A stretch of 64,000 bases of DNA from Dehalococcoidia bacterium (GTDB lineage: Bacteria; Chloroflexota; Dehalococcoidia; SM23-28-2; RBG-16-64-32): positions 1 to 64,000 of the forward strand of contig CAXXTF010000001.1 of assembly GCA_963665775.2 (NCBI GenBank), in the 5' to 3' direction. A program made the translations under genes and the position numbers. Within the stretch, counting starts at the first letter, position 1. Each line of letters starts with the position of its first letter. Below the pieces are notes generated by a model that was not told where the DNA came from, searched no databases, and saw nothing but the letters and a program-made list of their open reading frames with translations. This document shows positions 39,285 through 50,739 of this stretch, one piece after another.

Positions 39285-39394
39285 TGACGACAACCTTGAC
39301 GACAACCTGGGTGGATGACGACAACCCGGCTGACTCTGTCAAATGCTAAGGCGTGGCGCAATTGATCACAAAGTGATCACAGACTTGGTGATCA
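39285..39394 (+). repeat. Putative integrase arm-type sites
   Basis: TGACGACAACC x3 (39285, 39297, 39316) and TGATCAC(A) repeats (39363, 39374; partial at 39389). Confidence 0.6.
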
Positions 39395-39493
39395 GCCCTG
39401 GCAGTCGGCGGTACGTGATGGTAGGCGACTCCGGCATACCAAATACAGACCGGGTCTGAGGAGGACTAGATAACATCACCTGGGACGGCTGCG

Positions 39494-39538
39494 AGCGAAT
39501 TTTAAGTCCGCCGCGTCTGCCGATTCCGCCACCCCAGC
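39494..39538 (-). repeat. att site: displaced 5' half of tRNA-Leu(TAA)
   Basis: GCTGGGGTGGCGGAATCGGCAGACGCGGCGGACTTAAAATTCGCT; similarity ends just after the anticodon arm. Confidence 0.92.
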
Positions 39539-39602
39539 ACAGATACACTTCCAGCGCATTGAAGGCTATCGCGCCACAGCTACTGCCAACCCCATCCCGC
39601 GC

Positions 39603-39720
39603 CTAGATATCCTCACGGACCAACAGGCCATCTAAATCCTCAACCACCTGCGCTGGAAGTCCCGGTGCCACATACGAGTATATATCCAAGGTCACCGCCG
39701 TGATAGCAGCAGAGAGTAGG
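39603..39720 (-). pseudogene. C-terminal remnant of a second tyrosine integrase
   Basis: AVTLDIYSYVAPGLPAQVVEDLDGLLVREDI* aligns with AITMDIYSHVLPGLQAEAVRALDVSLRNVRESI* of the 32093 integrase. Confidence 0.7.
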
Positions 39721-39797
39721 AGTTTGACGCGATATGGAGTCAGGGGTACGATACCGTCCGCCGGTGGCACAGCACACTTAGGGATCACGAGGTTGAG

Positions 39798-40922
39798 ATG
39801 GCGAAACCCGGGCTCGAAATGAAGCAGTACGGCCAGAGCGTCTGGCACGACAACCTGAATCGTGAACTCGTTGTCACCGGTGAGCTACAGCGGATGGTGC
39901 AAGAGGACGGCCTGTCCGGCGGCACCTTCAACAGCCTCGCTTTCCAGGAGGTTCTTACCGACACCGATCTGTACGTAGAGCAGCTGCAGGAACTCGGGAA
40001 GCAAGGCCAGATGTTGGGCGAAATCTATGATGGCCTGACCCTACCGGGCATCCAGCAGTCCGCGGATATCCTCCGGTCAGTGTACGAGGAGACCAACGGG
40101 GAGGATGGTTACGCCTCGCTAGAGGTGTCGCCGCTCCTGGCCCCCTTCACCGACATGACCGCAGACGCGGCGAGGAAGCTATGGGTTAGCTTGGGTAGGC
40201 CCAACGCCATGATCGGCATTCCGGGCACAGAGCTGGGCCTCCCGGCAATCGAGCGGTGCCTGCGGGAGCGGATAAACATTAACGTCACCCTCTTGTTTGG
40301 AGTCGAGAACTACGAGCAAGTGACTTGGACATACATCACGGCACTGGAGCAGTGTCTGGCAGACGGCCAGCCCATCGACCGGATCGCTTCCGTCGCCAGC
40401 TTTGGCGTGACGCCAGTTGACATCCGTATCGATAATCTCCTTCACCGGAAGATCGCGGCCGCCAAGAGCGAAGCGGAACGGGAGAAGCTGAGGTCCCTAT
40501 TGGGTAAGGCCGCGATCGCCAACGCCAAGATCGCCTACTCCAAGTTCAAGGAGATCTTTACCGGTCCTCGCTGGCGGCTCCTAAAGGCGAAAGGAGCCCA
40601 GGTTCAGCGCTGTCTGTGGGCCAGCACCACCCCGAACCCCGATTACCCAGATGTGAACTATTTGGGGCCCCTCATCGGTCCGTCCACCGTCAGCACCATG
40701 GCCCTGCGAGCCCTGGATAATGATGGCGACAGGAGACGAATAGTTCCTACGCTGGAGGACGGCCTGGATGAGGCCCATGAGACGATACTTGGCCTGGCCG
40801 AAGCTGACATTGACCTCAAGGCGGTCACAGAGCAGCTCCAAGCGAAGGCTGTGGAAGCCCTCGGCGATGCCTTTGAAGGGGCCGTCGAAGCCATTGATAG
40901 TCGCCTACAGGTGGTCTGGTGA
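39798..40922 (+). CDS. Transaldolase-fold protein with a degenerate active site
   Basis: GQSVWHD, DGYASLEVSP, ININVTLLF, GKAAIANAK, QRCLWAST; catalytic IKIP appears as IGIP. Confidence 0.88.
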   Translation: MAKPGLEMKQYGQSVWHDNLNRELVVTGELQRMVQEDGLSGGTFNSLAFQEVLTDTDLYVEQLQELGKQGQMLGEIYDGLTLPGIQQSADILRSVYEETNGEDGYASLEVSPLLAPFTDMTADAARKLWVSLGRPNAMIGIPGTELGLPAIERCLRERININVTLLFGVENYEQVTWTYITALEQCLADGQPIDRIASVASFGVTPVDIRIDNLLHRKIAAAKSEAEREKLRSLLGKAAIANAKIAYSKFKEIFTGPRWRLLKAKGAQVQRCLWASTTPNPDYPDVNYLGPLIGPSTVSTMALRALDNDGDRRRIVPTLEDGLDEAHETILGLAEADIDLKAVTEQLQAKAVEALGDAFEGAVEAIDSRLQVVW

Positions 40923-41101
40923 CAGCGGACGCCGGAGCGGAGCATAGGTGAAGCGGTGCTGGCCGTGCTCCACCCGATCTTCAACGGGGGCTACGGCGCC
41001 ACGGCGAGCCGTATCATCAGGGTAAGATCGTCGAAGGCTAGTCTTCTTACTAGCGGGCGGTGTTCCCCGTCACCGTGAGTGTGCCAATGTGCAGGCAGTT
41101 C

Positions 41102-43159
<2,058 letters not shown>

Positions 43160-43406
43160 AGTACTCTCGCTGTCTAGAACGCCGCTTCGTCGGCAGCACT
43201 CTCTAATCGTGTAGCAGGATCGGGCGCGGCCGCGTACGCCTCCTACTTTAAACTATACACTTCGTTCGCGCCGCATCGGCCGGCGAGCGGGAGGGGATTC
43301 TGGGCGGGACGGCTAAGCGGCGGCTGCGGTTGCCTTGGTAGGCCAACGCGGACCCGAACGGTGACATAGGTAGAGTCGTTCGTTACCCAGGCTGACCTGG
43401 CCTGCT

Positions 43407-44474
43407 TCACGTGGCCACAGGCTCCGGAATCAAGTCTGTGAGGCCGTATTCATTGGCATAACCCGTTACCGCACTCCAGGCGCTGTCCGGGATATCGACC
43501 CCTTCCCGGGAGCGCTGGACCTTGGTCAGCTGGCTGCGCTCCCCTGGATAGAAGACACCCGGAGAACCTTCGGCCGGCGACGAGCTCTTGATATGCCCGA
43601 TGAACGAGCGCAGGTCGCGCTTGAAGTCGCCGAGAGGGCGGAAGGCGTCCGTGTTGAAGAGGGCCATGAAACAACCGTCGATGATGGGCCAGGGACGAGA
43701 AGTGTCCTCCTCCCACTCCATACCGGAAAGGATGTCTGCCAGAGCCTCGATCATGAAGGTAAGTACGTAGCCCTTATGGGCCTGGACGCCGCCGAGCGGT
43801 AGCACTGATCCTCCGTCAAAGAAGTCGTTTGGGTCGGTCGTAGATTGTCCGTGTCGATCGACGATCCAGCCCTCGGGCACCTTCTAGCCCAGAGTTCGCG
43901 CCCTCCCGATCTTCGCGACAGAGACAGTGCCTGCCGTCATATCAAAGGCCACCGTACCGTCCATGTCGCTGGGGAGCGCTATCGAGAATGGGTTGACTCC
44001 GAGGCGGCGATCTCGCCCGCCGGTCGGGGCCATGAACTTCGGCCCCCAGGCGCCGTCGGTCATCATGAGAGCGATCATGCCATGATCCGCGGCCAGGGAA
44101 GTGTAGTCCACCAGTCTGCCTACGTGGCACTGGTACCTGATACTCGCAGCGGCCACATTGTGGGTCCTCGCCTTTTCGATGAGACGCAGCATCGTGTGGT
44201 GGCTTACGTAGTGGCCGAAGTTGAAGTTGCCGTTAACTACAAGGGTGGTCTCTGACTCCATCTCGATAGTGATCTCGGAGCCAGGCTTCAGTATGCCTGC
44301 CTTGATCGAAGGGATGTATTGAGTACCGAGGGCTAGCCCATGGTTCTCCTCACCAGAGAGGATCGATGCCAAAGCGTGGTCAACTACGAGGCCGGCCTCT
44401 TCTTTCGTCGCCCCTGCGGCCCCAAGTATCGCTACGCCTAACGGCCTCAACTGTTCAGATCTAAAGCGTGGCAT
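43407..44474 (-). pseudogene. Ldh_2 (malate/L-lactate dehydrogenase-family) oxidoreductase with an in-frame TAG at 43884..43886
   Basis: HGL, HVGRL, LGVNPFS, FDM, then *KVPEGWIVD..G..TTDP, PLGG..HKGY, YPGE in one frame. Confidence 0.88.
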
Positions 44475-44724
44475 TTGAATATCACCCCCTCGTTGCTAGT
44501 CGTTGCCGCTTTGGGTCAAGCACATGTACGGCCGGTTATGTGATCCAGGGGCCTGCCGCAAGGGTCGCCTTAGTTCTGACGCCCCCGGCGGCTGACTGCG
44601 ATGGAGCCGAGGGCAGCAATGGCGAGCAGACCGGAGGATGCGGCCGGGCACAGATGGCTTGGCAGAGCGCTGCGAGGCGCTGGCTATGACCCCCACTATC
44701 GCTGCTCTTACGGTGAGCGATGTG

Positions 44725-46458
44725 CTATGGACCGTGCCGATTCCAATTTGCCGGTAGCTGAACGGCCCGGCTAACGGGCGCGCCCTGTTCATGATTGTTC
44801 ATGTATCCCCTAGCCTGGTTTCGGGCAGGGTCACCAGCCACGACGATCTCGATCCACTCAGGTCGCATGAACACCCTGACGAGCCGATCCGGGTCGTCCG
44901 ACTCCCAGTACTGTTTGTCGATGTTGCCCTTCTGTACTTCTTCCCGGAGGCTCCATGGCGTTCCATTCCTGGAGCCACCCGCTCTGCCGGCGTATTTTTC
45001 TAGAGTGCTCGCCGGAATTCGGCAGTTGTCATAGAGATACTGACGCACATCTCTCTTGCTCCAGCCATCTTTAGCAATGATATTCGCTATTCGCGGACTG
45101 ATCACAAACAATGGGAACCATTTTCCGTATAGCAGGCCAGTGCGGGTGGACCAGTACACCGACGTGCTCTGCCCTATGAACTCGGCGAGGTAATCCAGGT
45201 GATCCAGGGCCTTATCGCCTGTGCTATACGTAGGCCCGGTTACGGAAACGACGCTTTGCACTGTGACAACGTTTTCGTCGCTCCGGAACCCGCGGGAATC
45301 CACGGAGAATGGTTCCCAGCCCATCTCGGAGCAGGCGTCCTCATTTTCAGCCAAGGCAACGTTGAAGGTGGCGCCGATAGTGCCCTTGTCGGTGAGGCCT
45401 GGGCGTAATCCGGCCACATTACGCATATAGAGGCGGAGGAAGCGGCCTATGCTGCTGTTGGCCATCCTGCCGACCCGCATCACGCCCGTCTCATAGTTGA
45501 AGTCAAGCTCCTTCAAGATGGGGCCGTTCACGATGACCAGAGGCTCCCAGCCGGGGGTGCTGCCTGCATCCTCGATGCGGAACGACGGATCCGCTATGCA
45601 CTCCACGGCCGCCAGCAGCAGCGGCATGTACTCTGGTCGGCAGCCGGCCATCACCCCATTGACCGCCACGTTCCATACCGTCACTCGGCGCTTCTCGGGG
45701 AGAAGCGTCCCTAAGGCCTCCTCTGGATCGCGGTCCGTGAACTCCAAGAAGCGCTCAATACGTTCGATTGTGGGCGGGATGACGGGCAGTCCATCGGACC
45801 AGAGGTTATCGTAAAAGAACTCTTCGACCTCGTCGAGCGTTCCCTTGAAGACTATCTCTCTGGGTCCAGGCTCGCCCGTGCGGACGGCGGCCTCTATTGG
45901 AGCGGCGAGCCCCTCAACTACGCCAGGCAGAACAGCGTTCTGCATCTTCTCCGCAAAGGCCTCTGGACCGTCAGTGGCGATCTGGCCTGGGTACTCGGCG
46001 ATGGGAAGTTGACCGACACCCAGCGACTTGGCTATCGCCTGGGCCTGCCGCATAAAGCCCGTCTCGACAATAGTTACAGTGGGGACACCCGCCTTCTCCG
46101 CGGCGATGCTGGCCCGCACAACTGCGGGCGTACAACTCCCTCAGAGGCCTACTCCCGAGATGACGGCGTCCGCTCCCACCTCCTTAAGCAACGCGGGGAG
46201 GCGATCGATCACCTCCCGCTCGTCGCGGCCATGAGTGGCCCCGAACACGGGATATTCGATGATCTTGATGTTAGGGTGCGTCCTCTTGAGATGCCCACGG
46301 AGTTGAGGGAAATACTCACCCCAGGCAAAATCGTTCAGCTCGCAGACAGTCTTGCCATCTAGATCATCTACTCGCGGGCTGAACTTCAGCGAGTCGGAGG
46401 CAGAGTTCCCCAAGGGCCACACGACTTCGTAGACTGGGCCTGCAATCGTGCCTTTCAT
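44725..46458 (-). CDS. UGSC-family selenoprotein (Sec codon at 46141..46143)
   Basis: VISGVGL-TGA-GSCTPAVVRAS in frame, joining ORFs 46141..46500 and 44725..46119; DGLPVIPPT, AVNGVMAGCRPEY; start MKGT after AGGAGG. Confidence 0.9.
46112..46129 (-). promoter_or_regulatory. Bacterial SECIS hairpin
   Basis: GCCCGCA-GTTG-TGCGGGC perfect 7-bp stem starting 11 nt after the UGA. Confidence 0.82.
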
Positions 46459-46520
46459 CCGATCCCTCCTGGTCTCGATCGAGATGGTTACCCTCCGCAT
46501 CTGTTATCAGCGTCGATACT

Positions 46521-46711
46521 TGTAGCATTAACCCCAGGCCTTGTCAATGCTTACGCGAGCAGTGGCAGAGAAGCGTTCCCCAGCCCAGATGCGGGCCGAG
46601 GCCGAGACGGAAGAGACCAGCCAGTTCGTTCCCCGGGTGAGGAGGGTCACCCGGCGCAAGTCCACTCCGGGTGAGAAGGTGCGGATCGTGCCGGGGGCGG
46701 CGAAATGCTGA
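46521..46711 (+). pseudogene. Remnant of a different IS3-family element (end + orfA N-terminus)
   Basis: TGTAGCATTAACCCC end-like sequence; 46547..46711 encodes VRRVTRRKSTPGEKVRIV, resembling the IS3 OrfA start RRxTRRKxxxEEKIRIV. Confidence 0.5.
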
Positions 46712-46827
46712 GACCCTTCCTCTACCGTCGGATCTGCTATGGCTCGCTGCGAACAACGCGGACCAGCGCGCAGGGAGATAGTGGTAGAATCCAAGCGATC
46801 CAAACATCCCACAAGCGGAGCGTCAAT

Positions 46828-46863
46828 CCAGAAACGTACATGACGCCAGAAACGTAAATGACG
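46828..46863 (+). repeat. 18-bp tandem direct repeat (putative operator)
   Basis: CCAGAAACGTACATGACG CCAGAAACGTAAATGACG upstream of the aldolase/SDR gene. Confidence 0.7.
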
Positions 46864-46973
46864 ATTGAAGATGTAATCTTACGCCCGGCGGCTGTGAAGG
46901 CCCACGTCTTGCGGCAGATCGGCGAGTGGGACCACGAGCAGCTGATCCGCCGGAACCTCGAGCTGCCAGCCTG

Positions 46974-49046
46974 ATGGAGGATCGCTGGTTCCAGGGACCT
47001 CCCACCGGCGCCGACGCCCTTGACGAACTGGTGTTCCTGTCGAATCTGGTGGGACTTGAGGAGAGCCTGGTGCAGCCGGGCGGTGGCAACTCCTCTGTCA
47101 AGCTCCGGCGGAACGCGGCGGACGGCGAAGAGGAGATCCTGTTCGTTAAGGGGAGCGGCACAGACCTTCGCACCATCGGGCGGGCCGGCTTCAGCCGACT
47201 CTCTATGCCACGCCTGGCCGGACTGCGCGGTCAGCCGGAACTGAGTGACGAGCAGATGATGCAGCTAATGCGCGGCTGCATGCTCGCCCCAGATGATCCG
47301 TTCCCGAGCGTCGAGACGCCGCTCCACTCGATCCTACCCCACCGGGTGATCGTGCATACCCACGACATCGCAACCATGAGCATTACGAATCTGAAAGACG
47401 AGTTGGCCGAGAACCTGGTCGGCGAGCTGTTCGGAGGCGAGATCATCTATGTCCCGTACGCGCGCCCTGGGTTTCCGCTGGCTCGATCAGTGATGGAGCT
47501 GGCTCCGCAGATCCCGTCTGGCGCTCACGGCCTCACCTTGGCGCACCACGGTTTGGTGGTGTGGGGAGACGACGCCCGCCAGTGCTACGAACGACTGCTT
47601 CAGACCGTGCGACGAATCGAGGAGTATCTCGATGAGCGCAGGCGGGACAAGCATCCGTTGGGCGCTGCAGTGCGCCCGCGCCTCGATCCAAAGCGACGCC
47701 ACGAGCGCGCGGCGGAGCTACTGCCCGTAATCCGGGGAGAGCTGGGCCGGCCCGACCGTGTGGTCCTGAACTTCGATGAGGCGCCCGAAATCCTTGAACG
47801 GCTGGGCTCCGAGCGTTTCGGTGAGCTCTCACAGCGCGGGATGGCAACGCCTGAGCACATCTTGCGTGCTGAAAGGCTGCCTGTGTGGCTCGATCTTGAC
47901 CTTGAGGCCGATAGCGAAACACTGGTGAACCGGGCCCGGGGGCAGCTTCGCGCCGCGCGCGCCCGGTACGAGGAGTACCACGCACGCCACGACGGTGGCC
48001 GGGACGAACTAATCGCTGACTGGGCCAAAGTCGTACTCATTCCTGGGCTTGGCATGGTAACGGGTTTCGGCGACAAGAAGAGCGCTGCTACCGCCAACAT
48101 CTGTTACCGGGCCGTCATGGACGCCATCGAGAATGCCGAGGCGGTCGATGCCTTCCGCTTTCTTCCCGAATCTGACGTATACGAATTCGAGCATTGGCCC
48201 CTTGAACGACGGAAGGTCGAGGAGACGATCGCCCGCGAACGCAAGGAGCTTCTGCTGCCGCGTCACGTGGCGGTGGTGATCGGCGGTGCCTCAGGAATCG
48301 GTAAGGCCGCGGCACAAAGGTACGCTGAGGAGGGCGCCCACGTAGTGGTGGCCGATCTGGACGAGACCAGCGCCCAGGAGATCGCCGGCGCCCTCTGCGA
48401 GCGGTACCCGCATCGCACGATAGGGCAGGGTGTGGACGTCCGCGACGACGCCAGTATATCCGAGCTCATCCGCCGCACGGTGCTGGAGTTCGGAGGGCTT
48501 GACTGCCTCTTCTACAGTGCCGGCCTCGCTCCGCACTTCGCGCCAATCCTGGAGATCGATCGCGCAGAGCTGCAGCGGCAGGTTGAGGTGCACTACCTCG
48601 GGGCAGTACTCGCCATTCGCGAGGCCGGGCGCGTGATGCGGCGCCAGGGCTTAGGGGGCTCGATCGTATGCTCGGTCTCCAAGGCTGCGGTTTCGCCCGG
48701 CAAGGAGGCCGTTGCCTACGGCGGTAGCAAGGCTGCCCTCCAGCAGGCGCTCCGCGTCGCCGCCCTCGAACTGGGCCAGTATGGGATCCGTGTTAACGCC
48801 ATCAACGCCGACCAGATCGACACACCACTTTTTCGGCGATTCGTCACGGAACGGGCGGCCAGTCGCGGCGTCACGGTCGAGCAGCAGCTCGAGGTCTATC
48901 GGCAGCGCACCGCCATGGGCGTGTCACTCATACCGGCTGAGGCGGTCGCGGACATCGCGGTGCTGCTCGCCAGCGATCGCTTCCGATTCACGACTGGTGA
49001 CATTGTGACTATCGACGGAGGTCTGCCCGACGCCTTCCCGCGTTAG
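46974..49046 (+). CDS. Bifunctional class II aldolase (rhamnulose-1-phosphate aldolase-like)/short-chain dehydrogenase
   Basis: GGGNSSVK, KGSG, PSVETPLH, HTH, HHGL; GGASGIG, YGGSK, DGG; probable start MEDRW. Confidence 0.92.
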   Translation: MEDRWFQGPPTGADALDELVFLSNLVGLEESLVQPGGGNSSVKLRRNAADGEEEILFVKGSGTDLRTIGRAGFSRLSMPRLAGLRGQPELSDEQMMQLMRGCMLAPDDPFPSVETPLHSILPHRVIVHTHDIATMSITNLKDELAENLVGELFGGEIIYVPYARPGFPLARSVMELAPQIPSGAHGLTLAHHGLVVWGDDARQCYERLLQTVRRIEEYLDERRRDKHPLGAAVRPRLDPKRRHERAAELLPVIRGELGRPDRVVLNFDEAPEILERLGSERFGELSQRGMATPEHILRAERLPVWLDLDLEADSETLVNRARGQLRAARARYEEYHARHDGGRDELIADWAKVVLIPGLGMVTGFGDKKSAATANICYRAVMDAIENAEAVDAFRFLPESDVYEFEHWPLERRKVEETIARERKELLLPRHVAVVIGGASGIGKAAAQRYAEEGAHVVVADLDETSAQEIAGALCERYPHRTIGQGVDVRDDASISELIRRTVLEFGGLDCLFYSAGLAPHFAPILEIDRAELQRQVEVHYLGAVLAIREAGRVMRRQGLGGSIVCSVSKAAVSPGKEAVAYGGSKAALQQALRVAALELGQYGIRVNAINADQIDTPLFRRFVTERAASRGVTVEQQLEVYRQRTAMGVSLIPAEAVADIAVLLASDRFRFTTGDIVTIDGGLPDAFPR

Positions 49047-49161
49047 CCCATTGGGAGCGGCCGCCACTCAGTGAGACCGGATGGCTGGTCTCGGTCTCCG
49101 GGGACAGCGCCGCACGAGATGCTGAACCGCAGCTCCCCGAGCTCGAGGGGTAGCTCCTCTA

Positions 49162-50571
49162 TCAAGGGGGCGTCCCTGCCTCCAGGCCCAGGCTGGCCGC
49201 GGCCATCTGCCATATCTCCTCCGGACTGAAGAAGGTTGTGCGGTAGTTCAGCCAACGATCGCTCTCAGCATCATATCTGCCATCGTAAGCGGCCTGGAGG
49301 CGATCGTATATCTCCTTGACCACGCGACTAACGGTTGAAAATCGGTTATCGAGGCTGCGCGACTCAGCCTCCCGATTCAGGATAGAGACGATCCCTTCCG
49401 CGCCGGACAACGACCCTATCACAGCCCGTTCCGCGCCCTCCTGCCCCACCATCGCTGGGTCGTAGGGCAAGTATATCAGTCCGCCGGGCGCGTCCCCCTG
49501 CCTCGCCACGCCCGCTTGGTGAATGCCCGCTTGAGTGCTGAATACCCGACCGATGATGGGGGCGGCGTCCGGCACGGGCAGCAAGTGTTCCTCTATGAGC
49601 GCAGCCATCTGCGACAGGACAGGCAGATCGAAGCCGGGGTCACCGTAGAGGCGTATATAGCCGGCAATCACCTGCTCCAGGGGTGTGTTTCCCGTACGCT
49701 CGCCGAGCCCGGCGAAGGTCACGTTCACCCGCCGGCAGCCGTATCGCCAGGCGGCCAGGGCGTTGGCCGTAGCTAGACCAAAATCGTTGTGGCCATGGAA
49801 CTCCAGATCGGCCCCGGTCTCTCTGGACAGAGTGGAGATCAGCCGGGGCACACCTTGCGGCATGGCCACATGAGGATCGGGCATCCCCCAGCCGATGGTG
49901 TCACAGACCCGAAACTTCGCTCGCCCCTCGGTAGCCTTCAGCACCGTACACATGAAGGGGATCACCCAGCCCTCGATGTCAGCGCGGGTCGTGTCCTCCA
50001 GGTGCACGCGGGGCGTCATACCGTATTCACATGCGGTCAGGATCGGCTCCAGGTACTTGTCCACGGCCTCCTCTTTGCTGCCATAACGCAGCTTGTCGAA
50101 GATGTGGTGGTCCGACGACGAGGCGAGAAGACCCGTCTCCTTGATCCGTCCCTGACTCACTTCGTGCAACTGCTTGACGTCCCTGGGAGTAACCCGAATC
50201 CAGGTCGTGATCTTGGGAAAGTCGTATTCGCGTTCGAGCAGCCGATCAAGCACCCACAGATCCCGGCGCTGGTAGATGAACGTCTCGATGGAGTCGATGC
50301 GGCCGGTGCCGTTGTCCAGGTTATGGAGCAGATCAACGTATCGCAGTCGTGCCTCGTTGGGGAAGAGGGCGAACCGGGAGTCCTGGGCGCCGTCCCGAAG
50401 GGTAGTGTCGGTGATCAGCTTGGGCTCGCCATCGTCGGCAGCGGGCAGGGGGGCGGCCTCCGCTTCCAGAGCGACAGGCGGCACCCTGCCCTCGAAGTTA
50501 TAGTAGACGCGGTCCGCATTTACGGAACGCCCCGCGGCCATACCCGAGACCCCCTCTCCCGACTCACTCAT
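49162..50571 (-). CDS. DRE-TIM metallolyase, Re-citrate-synthase/isopropylmalate-synthase-like
   Basis: ITDTTLRDGAQ, SSSDHHIFDKL, HLEDTTRAD, HGHNDFG, GERTGNTPLE. Confidence 0.85.
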   Translation of the reverse strand: MSESGEGVSGMAAGRSVNADRVYYNFEGRVPPVALEAEAAPLPAADDGEPKLITDTTLRDGAQDSRFALFPNEARLRYVDLLHNLDNGTGRIDSIETFIYQRRDLWVLDRLLEREYDFPKITTWIRVTPRDVKQLHEVSQGRIKETGLLASSSDHHIFDKLRYGSKEEAVDKYLEPILTACEYGMTPRVHLEDTTRADIEGWVIPFMCTVLKATEGRAKFRVCDTIGWGMPDPHVAMPQGVPRLISTLSRETGADLEFHGHNDFGLATANALAAWRYGCRRVNVTFAGLGERTGNTPLEQVIAGYIRLYGDPGFDLPVLSQMAALIEEHLLPVPDAAPIIGRVFSTQAGIHQAGVARQGDAPGGLIYLPYDPAMVGQEGAERAVIGSLSGAEGIVSILNREAESRSLDNRFSTVSRVVKEIYDRLQAAYDGRYDAESDRWLNYRTTFFSPEEIWQMAAASLGLEAGTPP

Positions 50572-50739
50572 AGGCGCGTCCTATTGGCCAGATTGATTTC
50601 GTCATAGAACTACCATAGATGATTCTAGCAATATTGAGGTGTATCGCAATACCCCAATCTTCTATGTTTCCAATAGGCGCCGTCTACCACCGGATTGGCA
50701 AGAACGCACCCTTCTGGGAAATCAGCAAGCGGCCAGGCC

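Larger units (their letters stand above)
31981..39538. mobile_element. Integrated phage-satellite/PICI-like element bounded by direct repeats of the tRNA-Leu 5' half
   Basis: 45-bp repeat 31981..32025 and 39494..39538 (2 mismatches); integrase, excisionase, P4/D5-type helicase; lower-GC cargo. Confidence 0.88.
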
